64,000 bases of DNA from an uncultured Acidobacteriota bacterium (GCA_964420365.1 CAYQTA010000048.1:5635-69634), one strand, 5' to 3'; positions 1 to 9,857 are shown, numbered from the stretch's first letter. Numbers and translations: made by a program. The notes: generated by a model from the letters alone, not told the origin.

Positions 1-2
1 AG

Positions 3-554
3 GCCGGGGTCAACCTCGCGGCGGTCAACTATCACTTCGGCTCCCGCGAGCAACTGATCCACGAGGTCTTCGCCCGCCTCGTCGGCCCGGTGAACCGGGA
101 GCGGCTCGCCTGCCTCGAGGAGCGGCGAGCCGCGGCGGGCGAGGAGCCCCTGCCCCTCGAGCAGATCCTCGAGTGCCTCGCGGGCCCGGCCCTGCGGAGG
201 GGCGGCGACCGGCTGCGGATGCGTCTCGCGGCCCGGGTCCTCTCGGAACCCGGCGTCTACTCCCCCGAGGACTTCCACCGGCTCTTCGCGGAGATCGCCG
301 AGCGATTCCTCGGCGAGCTGGCGCGGACGTTGCCCGACCTGCCGGCCGCCGAGATCGCCTGGCGCTTCCACTTCTTCGTCGGGGCCCTGCTCCAGGCGCT
401 CCACGGGCTCGCCGGGGTGGAGGGGATGCCCGGGCCGTTCTCCGGGCTCTACCGGGTGCCGGTCGACGAGGTGCTGCGGCGGCTCGTCGCCTTCGGTGCG
501 CGGGGATTCCTCGCACCCCCCGTCCCCGCGGGGCCCGGGAGGAACGCGCCGTGA
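3..554 (+). CDS. TetR/AcrR-family transcriptional regulator (5' partial, C-terminal ligand-binding part)
   Basis: Frame from position 3 reads AGVNLAAVNYHFGSREQLIHEVF..., the end of a TetR HTH followed by a TetR_C-like helical region. Its stop overlaps the start of the downstream efflux outer-membrane factor (GTGA). Confidence 0.75.
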   Translation, partial: AGVNLAAVNYHFGSREQLIHEVFARLVGPVNRERLACLEERRAAAGEEPLPLEQILECLAGPALRRGGDRLRMRLAARVLSEPGVYSPEDFHRLFAEIAERFLGELARTLPDLPAAEIAWRFHFFVGALLQALHGLAGVEGMPGPFSGLYRVPVDEVLRRLVAFGARGFLAPPVPAGPGRNAP

Positions 555-2005
555 ATCGCCGGGGCTCCCTCGTCGTTCCGCTCCTGGTCCTGGTGCTTGC
601 CGGCGCGGGATGCCTGTCCGTTCCCGACCGCTCGGGGGGCCCCCCGGACCTCGCCCCGCCACCCGCGTGGACGGCGCCGGTCACGGCCCCCGGCGCGGCT
701 CCGGCCCCCGGCACCCTGCCGGGATGGCTCCCGGACGAGGCGGTTCCCGGCCTCCGGGATGCCATCGAGACCGCCCTCGCACGCAACCATGATCTCGGCG
801 CGGCCGCTGCCCGGCTCGAGGCCGCCCTCGCCCGGGCCCGGATCGCCGGGGCCGACCTGCTGCCGCGGGTCTCCGCCGGCGCCCGCTCGAACCGCCAGCG
901 GATGAACTTCTTCGGCCTTCCCCTGCCCGGGGCGAAGGGCGGTGTCTTTCCCGTGACGACGACGAGCTGGGGACTCTCCCTCGACGTCTCCTGGGAAGCG
1001 GACCTCTGGGCCCGGGTCCGGGCGGAGCGGCTCGGCGCACGCCGGGAGGCGGAGGCCGGCGCCGCCGACCTTGCCGGTGCGCGCCTGTCCCTGGCGGCCC
1101 AGGTGACGAAGGCCTGGATCGCCCGGGTGGCGGCAGCCCGGGCCGAGGCGATCGCACGGGAGGAGCAGGCGGTGGCACGGGCTACCCTGGACCTCGTCCG
1201 GGGCCGGTACGCCGGCGGTCTCGCCGATGCGACCGCGCTCCACGAGGCCGAACGGGGCCTTGCCGAGGCCCGTGCGGGGGTCGAACGCGCGGCCCGGGCG
1301 CGGGACGCGGCGACCCGCCAGCTCGAGATCCTCCTGGGCGAGTACCCGGCGGGAACACGGGCCGCGGACGCGGACCTGTCCCTGGACCTGCCACCCGTCC
1401 CTGCCGGGCTCCCCGCCGACCTGGTCGCCCGCCGGCCCGACCTCGCGGCCCTGGAGGCCCGGGTGGCGGCGACCGACGCCCGTCTCCTCGCGGCCCGGCG
1501 TGCCCTGTACCCGCGGCTCTCGCTCACCGCCTCCGGCGGCACGTCCACCCGGGCCCTTCGTGACCTGCTGGACAGGGACTACGAGGTCTGGAACCTGGTG
1601 ACCAACCTGGTGCAGCCCCTCTTCCAGGGGGGACGCCTGCGCGGGAACGTTCGGGTCGCCGAGGCCCGGGTGAAGGAGATGCTGCACACCTGGACCTCGG
1701 CGACGCTCCGCGCCTACGGCGAGGTGGAACGGGCCCTCGCCGCGGAGAGTACCTTCCGGGCGGAGCGCGCTCACCGGGTCCGGGCGCTCGACGAGGCCCG
1801 GGCCGCGGAGGAACTGGCGCGGGACCGGTACGCCCGGGGTCTCTCCGACGTGACCGCCCTGCTCGACGCCCGGCGGCGCCGGTTCGCCGCCGAGCGAGCC
1901 CTGCTCGCCCTGGACAACGACCGGCTGGCCAACCGGGTCGATCTCTGGCTGGCCCTGGGCGGGGATCCCCCCGCATCCATCTCCCGACGGGAGGCCCGCC
2001 GATGA
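551..2005 (+). CDS. RND efflux outer-membrane factor lipoprotein (TolC/OprM/NodT family)
   Basis: GTG start gives a lipoprotein signal (VNRRGSLVVPLLVLVLAGAGC). Two coiled/alpha-barrel halves with a typical OMF repeat structure. First gene of an OMF-MFP-RND operon. Confidence 0.85.
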   Translation: MNRRGSLVVPLLVLVLAGAGCLSVPDRSGGPPDLAPPPAWTAPVTAPGAAPAPGTLPGWLPDEAVPGLRDAIETALARNHDLGAAAARLEAALARARIAGADLLPRVSAGARSNRQRMNFFGLPLPGAKGGVFPVTTTSWGLSLDVSWEADLWARVRAERLGARREAEAGAADLAGARLSLAAQVTKAWIARVAAARAEAIAREEQAVARATLDLVRGRYAGGLADATALHEAERGLAEARAGVERAARARDAATRQLEILLGEYPAGTRAADADLSLDLPPVPAGLPADLVARRPDLAALEARVAATDARLLAARRALYPRLSLTASGGTSTRALRDLLDRDYEVWNLVTNLVQPLFQGGRLRGNVRVAEARVKEMLHTWTSATLRAYGEVERALAAESTFRAERAHRVRALDEARAAEELARDRYARGLSDVTALLDARRRRFAAERALLALDNDRLANRVDLWLALGGDPPASISRREARR

Positions 2006-3174
2006 CGGACCGTCCGCGCCACCGCGCGCTGCGCGTGCTGCTCCCCCTCCTGGTGCTCGCCCTGGGCATCGCCGCCCTCGCCTCCCTCGTCGCCCTCCGA
2101 CGGCGGCCGGCCCCCCGGCCACCGGTGGTCCCGGTCCCGGTCGTGGAGACGGTGCCGGTGCGCTACGGCCCGGCGCGCGTGGTCGTCCGGGCCGAGGGAA
2201 CGGTCGAGGCCGAGACCCGGACGACCCTGGTCGCCGAGGTGGGTGGGAGGATCCTCGAGGTCTCGCCCCGCTTCGAGGACGGGGAGTTCGTCCACGGGGG
2301 AGACCTGCTCCTCCGGATCGATCCGGTCGACTACCGGGCGGCGGTCGACTCGGCCCGGGCCACGCTCGCGCGGGCCGAGCTGGCACTCGCCCAGGAACGC
2401 GCGGCGGCCGACCAGGCCCGGCGGGACTGGGAACGGTTCGGCAAGGGAGACCCCGACCCCCTCGTCGTTCACGAGCCCCAGCTCGCGCGGGCGCGCGCGG
2501 AGGTGGACGCGGCACGGGCCGCCGTGGCCCGGGCGGAACGCGACCTCGCCCGCACGGAGGTCCGGGCCCCGTACGACGGCCGGATCCTGGCGCGAAACGT
2601 GGACGTCGGGCAGGTCGTGATGCCCGGCGCGGTTCTCGGATCCCTCTACGCCACCGATGCGGTGCTCGTTCCGCTTCCCGTCCCGGACGAGGAGCTCGAG
2701 TGGCTCGACGTTCCCCTGGCCCCCGGCGCGCCGGCCGGGCCCGAGGTGACGCTGCGGGCCACCTTCGGCGGCCGCGAGCGGACGTGGCGGGGACGGATCG
2801 TGCGGACGGGCGGGCAGGTCGACCCGAAGAGCCGCATGGTGCGCCTGGTGGTCCGGGTGGGCCGGCCCTTCGCGCCCGGGCACCTTCCCCTCCTTCCGGG
2901 GATGTTCGTGCAGGCCGACGTGCCGGGCAGGCTCCTGCCCCGCGTGGTGCGCCTGCCGCAGGTGGCCCTCCGCCCGGGCGACACGGTGCTGGTCATCGAC
3001 GACGAGTCCCGCGCGAGGATCCGGAAGGTCGAGGTCCTCCGCCGGGAAAGGAGCACGGTGCTGGTCGGGAAGGGACTGGCGGACGGAGAGCGCGTGGCGA
3101 TCACGCCCCTCGAGATCGTCACCGACGGCATGCGGGTCGCGGTCGCCGGGACGTCCCGGGAGCCCGCGCGATGA
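2002..3174 (+). CDS. RND efflux membrane fusion protein (periplasmic adaptor, HlyD/AcrA family)
   Basis: N-terminal TM anchor, coiled-coil hairpin and beta-barrel regions typical of AcrA. ATGA overlap with the OMF stop, and its own stop overlaps the RND start. Confidence 0.88.
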   Translation: MTDRPRHRALRVLLPLLVLALGIAALASLVALRRRPAPRPPVVPVPVVETVPVRYGPARVVVRAEGTVEAETRTTLVAEVGGRILEVSPRFEDGEFVHGGDLLLRIDPVDYRAAVDSARATLARAELALAQERAAADQARRDWERFGKGDPDPLVVHEPQLARARAEVDAARAAVARAERDLARTEVRAPYDGRILARNVDVGQVVMPGAVLGSLYATDAVLVPLPVPDEELEWLDVPLAPGAPAGPEVTLRATFGGRERTWRGRIVRTGGQVDPKSRMVRLVVRVGRPFAPGHLPLLPGMFVQADVPGRLLPRVVRLPQVALRPGDTVLVIDDESRARIRKVEVLRRERSTVLVGKGLADGERVAITPLEIVTDGMRVAVAGTSREPAR

Positions 3175-6100
3175 ACCGCCTGATCGACTGGTTCGCCCGG
3201 AACGGGGTGGCGGCGAACCTGCTCGCCCTGTTCGTCGTGATCGCGGGGCTCGTCACCCTCTGGTCGATCAAGATCGAGGTGTTCCCCGAGTTCTCGATGG
3301 GGTACATCAGCATCACGGTTCCCTATCCCGGCGCGGCCCCCGAGGAGGTCGAGGAGGGAATCACCGTCAAGATCGAGGAACAGATCCAGGGGCTTCCGGG
3401 CATCAAGCGGATCCAGTCGACCGCCGCGGAAGGGGTCGGCACCGTCCTCGTCCAGCTCGAGACGTGGGCGGACGCGCGGAAGGTGCTGGACGACGTCAAG
3501 GCCCGCGTCGACTCGATCAACTCCTTCCCGGAGGACGCCGAGAAGCCGGTGGTCCAGGAGGTGACGAACCGCTGGCAGGTGATCTCGGTGGCGATCTCGG
3601 GCGACGTCGACGAGAAGACCCTCAAGGAGGTCGCGGAGAACGCCCGGGACGAGCTGGCCGCCCTCCCGGAGATCTCGATCGTCGAGCTCCAGAACGTTCC
3701 CCCCTACGAGATCTCGATCGAGGTCCCCGAGGAGAACCTGCGTCGCTGGCACCTCTCGTTCGACGAGGTCGCCGCCGCCGTGCGCAACGGGGCCGTCGAC
3801 GTGCCGGGAGGATCGATCCGGTCCCGGGGCGGCGAGATCCTGTTGCGCGGCCGAACCAGGGCCTACCGGGGGCCCGAGTTCGAGAAGCTGGTCGTCCGGG
3901 CGAACCCGGACGGCACCCGCCTGCTCGTCGGGGACGTGGCGACGGTCGTCGACGGGTTCGCCGAAACCGACCAGCGATCCCGCTTCGACGGGCGGCGCGC
4001 GGTGCTGCTCCAGGTCTACCGGGTCGGCGAGCAGCGCGCGTTCGACGTCGCTGGTGCGGTCAAGCGGTGGGTCGAGGAGGCCCGTCCCCGGATGCCGGCC
4101 GGGATCGTGATCGAGACCTGGCAGGACAACACGAAGGTCCTCCGCGATCGGCTCGACACCCTGCTGCGGAACGCGCTCCAGGGGTTCGTCCTGGTGTTCG
4201 TCACGCTGGCCCTCTTCCTCGAGCTGCGGCTCTCGTTCTGGGTCAGCCTCGGGATCCCCGTCTCGTTCCTCGGCGCGATCTGGCTGATGCCGGTCTCCGA
4301 CGTCTCGATCAACCTGATCTCCCTGTTCGCGTTCATCGTGGTCCTCGGGATGGTCGTCGACGACGCGATCATCATCGGCGAGAACATCCACACCCACCAG
4401 CAGCGGACGGGACGCGGCGTCGAGGCGGCGATCCGCGGTGCCCAGGAGGTCGCCACGCCGGTGGTCTTCGCCGTGCTCACGACCGTGGCCGCGTTTCTTC
4501 CTCTCGTCCACGTGGAGGGCGTCACCGGCAAGGTGATGCGGGTCGTTCCGCTGATCGTGATCCCCGTCCTCTTCTTTTCCCTCGTCGAGTCGCTGCTCGT
4601 TCTCCCGAATCACCTCTCCCACCTGGCCAGATCGCCGCGGGAGCCCGGCCGGATCGCTTCCGCCTGGCGCCGATTCCGCGGGCGCTTCGACAGCGGCCTG
4701 CAGTGGTTCATCCACGAGGTGTACGCCCCCGCCCTGGAGTGGGCCCTCGCCTGGCGCTACCTGGTGCTCGCGCTCGGCGTCGCCGCCCTTCTCGTCACCG
4801 CGGGCCTCGTCGTCGGGGGATTCATCCGCTTCGTCTTCTTCCCGACCGTCGAGGCGGACTTCGTCTCCGCCTCCATCCGCATGCCTCTCGGAACGCCGGT
4901 CGAGGTGACCGAGGAGGCGGCCCGGCGGGTCGAGAAGGCCGCACTCGACCTGCGCGCCGAGATCGACCGGGAGGCGGGACGGGAGAACGATCCTCGCCAC
5001 AGCATCTTCCGCCACGTGCTGACGTCGATCGGCGATCAGCCCCTGCGAACCCTGCGAAAGGTACACTCCGGCGCCGTCCGCGAGGACAACTCCGGATCCC
5101 ACCTGGCCGAGGTCGCCATCGAGCTGGCCCCCGCCGAGCAACGAACGGTCTCCTGCGAGGAGATCGTCCGGCGCTGGCGGGCGGCGGCCGGGCCGATCCC
5201 CGGAGCGGTCGAGGTGCGGTTCAACTCGTCTCTCTTCGACCCCGGGGACGCGATCAACGTCGAGCTCGCCGCCGAGAGCCTGGCGGAACTGCGCCGGGCG
5301 GCCGACGAGCTGAAAGACGCCCTCCATCGCATCGAGGGCGTCTACGACATCGCCGACAGCCACGAGGCCGGCAAGCGCGAACTCCGGGTGCGGGTGACGC
5401 CGGAGGGACGCGCCCTGGGACTTACCCAGCTCGAGGTCGCCCGCCAGGTGCGCCAGGCGTTCTACGGCGAGGAGGTCCAGCGGATCCAGCGCGGGACCGA
5501 CGAGCTCAAGGTCAAGGTCCGTTACCCGGCCACGGACCGCAGGACCCCGGCGACGCTGGAGGAGATGCGGTTCCGCCTCCGCGACGGGACCGAGATCCCC
5601 TTTTCCGTCGCGGCGGTCGCGCTGCCGGGCCGCGGCTTCGCGAAGATCGAGCGGACCGACCGGCGGCGGACGCTCAACGTCACGGCGGACGTCGACCTGA
5701 CCCGGGCGACGCCGACCGCCGTCGCCGCGCGTCTCGAGGAGGAGATCCTGCCGGAAATCATGCGGCGGCACCCCGGGATGTCCTGGCGATTCGAGGGAGA
5801 GCAGCGCGAGAAGCGCGAGACGATGGAGGGCCTGATGCGGGGCTTCCTCCTCGCGCTGGTGGGCATCTACGCCCTGATCGCCATCCCGTTCCGCTCGTGG
5901 GTCCAGCCGCTGATCGTGATGAGCGCGATCCCCTTCGGCCTGATCGGGGCGGTGGTGGGCCACATCCTGCTCGGCCTCGACCTGACGATCCTCTCGATGT
6001 TCGGGGTCGTCGCCCTCGCCGGCGTCGTCGTCAACGACTCGCTGGTCATGGTCGAGTTCGTCAACCGGGCGCGGGAGCGGGGCGAACCGCTCTTCCGCGC

Positions 6101-6326
6101 GATCCGGGAGGCGGGCGTGGCGCGGTTCCGGCCGATCCTGCTGACGACCGCGACGACGTTCGCCGGGCTGGCCCCGCTGATGCTGGAGCGGAGCATGCAG
6201 GCCCAGTTCCTGATCCCGATGGCGGTTTCCCTCGCGTTCGGGATCGTGTTCGCGACCGCGATCACGCTCCTGCTGGTGCCCTGCCTCTACGTCGTCCTCG
6301 AGGACCTGCGGGGCCTGTTGCGCTGA
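3171..6326 (+). CDS. RND efflux transporter permease (AcrB/HAE1 family, ~1051 aa)
   Basis: MNRLIDWFARNGVAANLLALFVV... with 12 TM segments and large periplasmic loops; the conserved AcrB architecture runs end to end. Confidence 0.92.
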   Translation: MNRLIDWFARNGVAANLLALFVVIAGLVTLWSIKIEVFPEFSMGYISITVPYPGAAPEEVEEGITVKIEEQIQGLPGIKRIQSTAAEGVGTVLVQLETWADARKVLDDVKARVDSINSFPEDAEKPVVQEVTNRWQVISVAISGDVDEKTLKEVAENARDELAALPEISIVELQNVPPYEISIEVPEENLRRWHLSFDEVAAAVRNGAVDVPGGSIRSRGGEILLRGRTRAYRGPEFEKLVVRANPDGTRLLVGDVATVVDGFAETDQRSRFDGRRAVLLQVYRVGEQRAFDVAGAVKRWVEEARPRMPAGIVIETWQDNTKVLRDRLDTLLRNALQGFVLVFVTLALFLELRLSFWVSLGIPVSFLGAIWLMPVSDVSINLISLFAFIVVLGMVVDDAIIIGENIHTHQQRTGRGVEAAIRGAQEVATPVVFAVLTTVAAFLPLVHVEGVTGKVMRVVPLIVIPVLFFSLVESLLVLPNHLSHLARSPREPGRIASAWRRFRGRFDSGLQWFIHEVYAPALEWALAWRYLVLALGVAALLVTAGLVVGGFIRFVFFPTVEADFVSASIRMPLGTPVEVTEEAARRVEKAALDLRAEIDREAGRENDPRHSIFRHVLTSIGDQPLRTLRKVHSGAVREDNSGSHLAEVAIELAPAEQRTVSCEEIVRRWRAAAGPIPGAVEVRFNSSLFDPGDAINVELAAESLAELRRAADELKDALHRIEGVYDIADSHEAGKRELRVRVTPEGRALGLTQLEVARQVRQAFYGEEVQRIQRGTDELKVKVRYPATDRRTPATLEEMRFRLRDGTEIPFSVAAVALPGRGFAKIERTDRRRTLNVTADVDLTRATPTAVAARLEEEILPEIMRRHPGMSWRFEGEQREKRETMEGLMRGFLLALVGIYALIAIPFRSWVQPLIVMSAIPFGLIGAVVGHILLGLDLTILSMFGVVALAGVVVNDSLVMVEFVNRARERGEPLFRAIREAGVARFRPILLTTATTFAGLAPLMLERSMQAQFLIPMAVSLAFGIVFATAITLLLVPCLYVVLEDLRGLLR

Positions 6327-6341
6327 GCCGGGGAAGAGTCG

Positions 6342-7610
6342 TCAGGCGCCACGCATCCCGGCACCAAGGGCACGGAGGAACTCCTCGTTGCTCGGGTAGG
6401 CCGAGAGCTTCTTGAGCAGCGCCTCGACGGCATCGACCGGGCTCATCGTCGAGAGCGCCCGGCGCAGGAGGTGGACCTTCGGCGTCCACTCCTTGAGGAG
6501 CTTCTCCTCCTTGCGCGTCCCGGTCTGGTGGATGTCGATGCACGGGAAGACGCGCTTTTCGAAAAGCTTCCGGTCGAGGACGATCTCGGTGTTGCCGGTC
6601 CCCTTGAACTCCTGGAAGATCACCTCGTCCATCTTCGACCCGGTGTCGACCAGGCACGAGGCGATGATCGTCAGGGAACCACCTTCCTCGCAACGCCGGG
6701 CCGCGCCGAAGAAACGACGCGGGTTCTCGAGGGTGCGCGAGTCGATGCCGCCGGAGAGGATCTTCCCCGAACCCCGCTGCTCGACGTTGTAGGCCCGGGC
6801 GAGCCGGGTCAGGGAGTCGAGCAGAACGAGGACGTCGCGACCCGACTCGACGAGGCGCTTGGCTCGCTCGAGCACGATCTCGGCCACGGAGACGTGGTTC
6901 CGCGCCAGCTCGTCGGAGCTCGAGGCGATCACCTCGCCGTCCGGGACCCGGCGCCGCCAGTCGGTGACCTCCTCGGGACGTTCGTCGATCAGCAGGACGA
7001 TCAGGTGGATCTCGGGATGGTTCACTCCCACCGCGTGGGCGATCTGCTGGAGGAGCGTCGTCTTGCCCGCCTTGGGCGGAGCGACGACGAGGCAGCGCTG
7101 CCCCTTCCCGATGGGAGCAACCAGGTCGACGACCCGCGGCTCCAGCGGTTCCGGGCCGGTCTCGAGCCGGATCGGGTCCTCCGGAGACGTCGGCGTCAGG
7201 TCCTGGAAGTGACGCCTCTCGCGCCACTTCTCCGGCGGGAGACCGTTGATCTCGTCGATCTCGTAGAGTGCCGGCCCCCGGCGTCCCGTCGGGCGCGCCT
7301 TCCCCCGGATCTCGACCCCCTCGTCGAACTTCCAGTTCCGCACGATGTCCGGGGCCACCCAGACATCGTCGGGACGGGGCAGGTAGTTCGCCTTGCGGGT
7401 TCGCAGGAAGCCGTACCCCTCGGGCAGCAGCTCGAGGACGCCCCAGGCCTCGATCGGCTCCTTCGGCGCCTCGACGACCGCGCCCTCGCCTCCCGCGGCG
7501 GCGGTGTTCCCGTTGGAGCCACCCCCCCCACCTGCCGGACGGCGGCGCCGACGCCGGCGCTTCCAGGAGCCCTTCCGGTTCCCACCTTGCGACCGCTGTT
7601 CGTCCTTCAC
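6342..7610 (-). CDS. rho: Transcription termination factor Rho (N-terminal Arg/Gly-rich tail, start uncertain)
   Basis: OB-fold CSD (GVLELLPEGYGFLR), Walker A (PPKAGKT), and Q/R loops through the C-terminus are all present. Start chosen at GTG 7610, which overlaps the upstream HEAT gene stop (GTGA). The longer ORF to 8309 is an R/G/P-rich out-of-frame overlap with a convincing HEAT gene. Confidence 0.85.
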   Translation of the reverse strand: MKDEQRSQGGNRKGSWKRRRRRRRPAGGGGGSNGNTAAAGGEGAVVEAPKEPIEAWGVLELLPEGYGFLRTRKANYLPRPDDVWVAPDIVRNWKFDEGVEIRGKARPTGRRGPALYEIDEINGLPPEKWRERRHFQDLTPTSPEDPIRLETGPEPLEPRVVDLVAPIGKGQRCLVVAPPKAGKTTLLQQIAHAVGVNHPEIHLIVLLIDERPEEVTDWRRRVPDGEVIASSSDELARNHVSVAEIVLERAKRLVESGRDVLVLLDSLTRLARAYNVEQRGSGKILSGGIDSRTLENPRRFFGAARRCEEGGSLTIIASCLVDTGSKMDEVIFQEFKGTGNTEIVLDRKLFEKRVFPCIDIHQTGTRKEEKLLKEWTPKVHLLRRALSTMSPVDAVEALLKKLSAYPSNEEFLRALGAGMRGA

Positions 7611-8299
7611 GTTCCCCTTCCTGTCCCGCTTCCGGCGGCCGCCGTGGCCACCGTCGGATGCGGATCCGCTGCCAGCTTGTCCAGGACCTCCCGCCCTTCC
7701 GGGGGAAGGTCTCCCCTCTCGCACCGTTGCCGAAGGGCCACGGCCAGGCGGGTCCGTACGCGCCAGTCGCGGTCCTCCGCGAGTCGTTGCAGCCATCCCC
7801 CTGCCGGGTGACCCGCGAGCACGCAGGCCCGGGCCGCCCGGGAACGGATCGCCGGGTCGGGCTCGTCCTCCGCCATCCGGCACGCCTCGCGCCCGGCAGA
7901 CGGCTCGCCGTCCCGCGCTCCCAGCTCCGCCCGCAGCAGGCGCAGCTCCTCGAGGTCGCCGCAGGCTTCCTCGAGCCCGGGAAGGAGCGCTCCCGGGAGG
8001 ACGTCGCGCCGGAGGAACAGCAACCCGGCGACCGTCCCGCGGACCAGCGGATCCGGGTCCCGCAGGAACGGCACGAGCCGCGCCGCCTCCACGTCCTCGC
8101 GGGCGGCGACCCGGCGCGCTTCCTCGGCCCGGTCGAGCGGGCCCGGTATCCCGGCGGGAACCTGCATCCCTGCTCCGGCAGGCACCCCGTCCCCGGACAC
8201 GTTGACCTGGTTCGACGGGGGCCGTCCGCTTTCCTTCCCGGATTGGCCGGAACAACCGGCCTGGGCCACGACGAGCACGACGGACAGGACGGAGAGCAC
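7607..8299 (-). CDS. HEAT-repeat (PBS-lyase-like) lipoprotein
   Basis: GTG start preceded by GGAGGA; signal MLSVLSVVLVVAQAGCSG (lipobox). Several DPxPxVRxxAAxAL HEAT-like repeats. Confidence 0.7.
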   Translation of the reverse strand: MLSVLSVVLVVAQAGCSGQSGKESGRPPSNQVNVSGDGVPAGAGMQVPAGIPGPLDRAEEARRVAAREDVEAARLVPFLRDPDPLVRGTVAGLLFLRRDVLPGALLPGLEEACGDLEELRLLRAELGARDGEPSAGREACRMAEDEPDPAIRSRAARACVLAGHPAGGWLQRLAEDRDWRVRTRLAVALRQRCERGDLPPEGREVLDKLAADPHPTVATAAAGSGTGRGT

Positions 8300-8440
8300 G
8301 TACTTCCATCCTCCCGCCGGCAGGGGGAAGCCTAGCAGAAGGCCTCGCTCGCTGTCCACTCGCCGCTCTCCTGGAAAAGCCTCGCCGGGTGGGACCCCCG
8401 GGCTCGGCCCGGCGCCCCGGCTCACTGGACCCGGCCCATG

Positions 8441-9172
8441 CTAGGGACGCCCCCCGTCTCCCGCAAGCGCCTCCGCACTCGCTCCCGGACGCCGCTCCCG
8501 GATCATTTCCAGCGCGTGGCGGGCCGCTCCACGGGCGTACGCGTTCTCGTCCCGGGCCATCTCCTCGAGGGCGGGAATCGCGGCGGGATCGCCGATCCGT
8601 CCGAGGGCCTGCGCGGCCCAGGCCCGCACCTGGGTCTCCTCGTCCCGAAGCGCCTCCACCAGGGAGGGCACCGCCTCCCGGGCGCCGATCTCGGCCAGCG
8701 CCCGGGCCGCGGCCTCGCGCACCGAGGGTTCCGGGTCCGCCCGGAGGCGCTCCACGATCGCCGGCACGGCGTCCCGCGCCCCGAGGCGCGCCAGGGCCTC
8801 GATCGCGCGGCGCCGGACCAGGGAAACGTCGTCATCGAGGAGCTCGACGAGGGTCGCCACGGACGTCCTCCCCGGGAACTCCCCCAGGGTGGCGGCCACG
8901 GTCGCCCGGACCCCCGGGTCCTCGTCCGCGGCCAGCCCCGCGATCTCGGGTACCAGCGCCGTCACGCGCTGGCGTCCAGCCATGGCGATGGCGGCGATCC
9001 GCACCCGCGGCGAGTCGTCGTGGAGCGCCTGCCGGAGCGTGGCCGGATCCAGGGTTCCCTCGTGCTCCTGGCGGTAGAGCGCCTCGATCCGCTCGTCCAC
9101 CCCGGGCCCGCAGGCGCCGGTCGCGGCCAGCAGCAGGCATGCCAGCACCACGTACCCCCGCGGCGCGGCCAT
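8441..9172 (-). CDS. HEAT-repeat (PBS-lyase-like) lipoprotein, paralogous to the upstream one
   Basis: MAAPRGYVVLACLLLAATGACGPG lipoprotein signal, then 6-7 HEAT-like repeats (DDSPRVRIAAIAMAG, DEDPGVRATVAATLG, ...). Start ATG shares ATGA with the stop of the upstream small gene. Confidence 0.7.
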   Translation of the reverse strand: MAAPRGYVVLACLLLAATGACGPGVDERIEALYRQEHEGTLDPATLRQALHDDSPRVRIAAIAMAGRQRVTALVPEIAGLAADEDPGVRATVAATLGEFPGRTSVATLVELLDDDVSLVRRRAIEALARLGARDAVPAIVERLRADPEPSVREAAARALAEIGAREAVPSLVEALRDEETQVRAWAAQALGRIGDPAAIPALEEMARDENAYARGAARHALEMIRERRPGASAEALAGDGGRP

Positions 9173-9471
9173 CAGTCGAGGTCCAGCGGGTTCAGCGGCT
9201 TCCCGTCCTGCCGGGAGGCCTCCTCCCGGGCCTTCCGGAACTTCTTCTCCAGGAGCCGCTCCCGGTGCCGTTCCGCCTGGAACGCCTGCCGGAACGCGTC
9301 CTCCCGCCGGCGGTCGGCGTCGGCCAGCTCGGAGAGAAGGTCCTCGAACTCTTTCCGGTCGCCCCGGGGACGTTGCGAGTGCAGCACCACGCCGGTTTCC
9401 CGGTCGATCACCAGGACGCCGCGGCAGAAGGGACATTCCACCCGGATCTCGTCGGTCCCGCGCTCGGTCAT
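9172..9471 (-). CDS. Hypothetical small protein with an N-terminal CxxC (zinc-ribbon-like) motif and a charged coiled C-terminus
   Basis: 99 aa ORF with a strong SD (GGAGGAGA) 4 nt upstream of ATG. ATGA-coupled to the downstream HEAT lipoprotein. Carries a CPFC motif. Confidence 0.55.
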   Translation of the reverse strand: MTERGTDEIRVECPFCRGVLVIDRETGVVLHSQRPRGDRKEFEDLLSELADADRRREDAFRQAFQAERHRERLLEKKFRKAREEASRQDGKPLNPLDLD

Positions 9472-9563
9472 CCCTCTCCTCCTGCCGGGCGACTCGCGCC
9501 CGCCGGTGGCAAGATTGCCCCGCCGGGCCGCGCTCCTGCAAGGCCCGGCGAGGAGGGCCCGGG

Positions 9564-9857
9564 ATGCCGGTCGAGGTTCACCAGCGCGACGGACGCCTCC
9601 GCTTCCGGGTCCGGGTCGCCCCCGGGGCGCGCAAGGCCGGGATCGTCGGCCCCCACGGGGGAGCGCTCAAGGTGCGCGTCCAGGCACCCCCGGAGCGGGG
9701 AAAGGCCAACCGGGAGGTGTGCGCCCTCCTCGCGGACCACCTCGGGGTGGCCCCTGCCGACGTGACCGTCGTCGCCGGGCATGCCTCCCGCGACAAGACG
9801 ATCGAGGTGACCGGGCCCGGCGTCGCGGCCGCGCGCCGCGTCCTCGAGTCCGCCTGA
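9564..9857 (+). CDS. DUF167/YggU-family protein (UPF0235)
   Basis: 97 aa; the pattern LRVRVAPGARKAGIVGPHGGALKVRVQAPPERGKANREVCALLADHLGV is characteristic of YggU. SD GAGGAGGG lies upstream. Confidence 0.8.
   Translation: MPVEVHQRDGRLRFRVRVAPGARKAGIVGPHGGALKVRVQAPPERGKANREVCALLADHLGVAPADVTVVAGHASRDKTIEVTGPGVAAARRVLESA

Noticed and set aside
25-2515. Long minus-strand ORFs (25..1548, 449..2515) and many other R/G/P/A-rich ORFs antisense to or out of frame with the efflux genes
   Set aside because: Low-complexity Arg/Gly/Pro-rich translations typical of non-coding frames in >70% GC DNA. They overlap well-supported TetR, OMF and MFP genes.
7611-8309. Extended N-terminus of the Rho ORF (to 8309)
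   Set aside because: It runs through the HEAT-lipoprotein gene in a different frame and is purely R/G/P-rich. GTG 7610, with the GTGA overlap to the HEAT stop, is the more plausible start.
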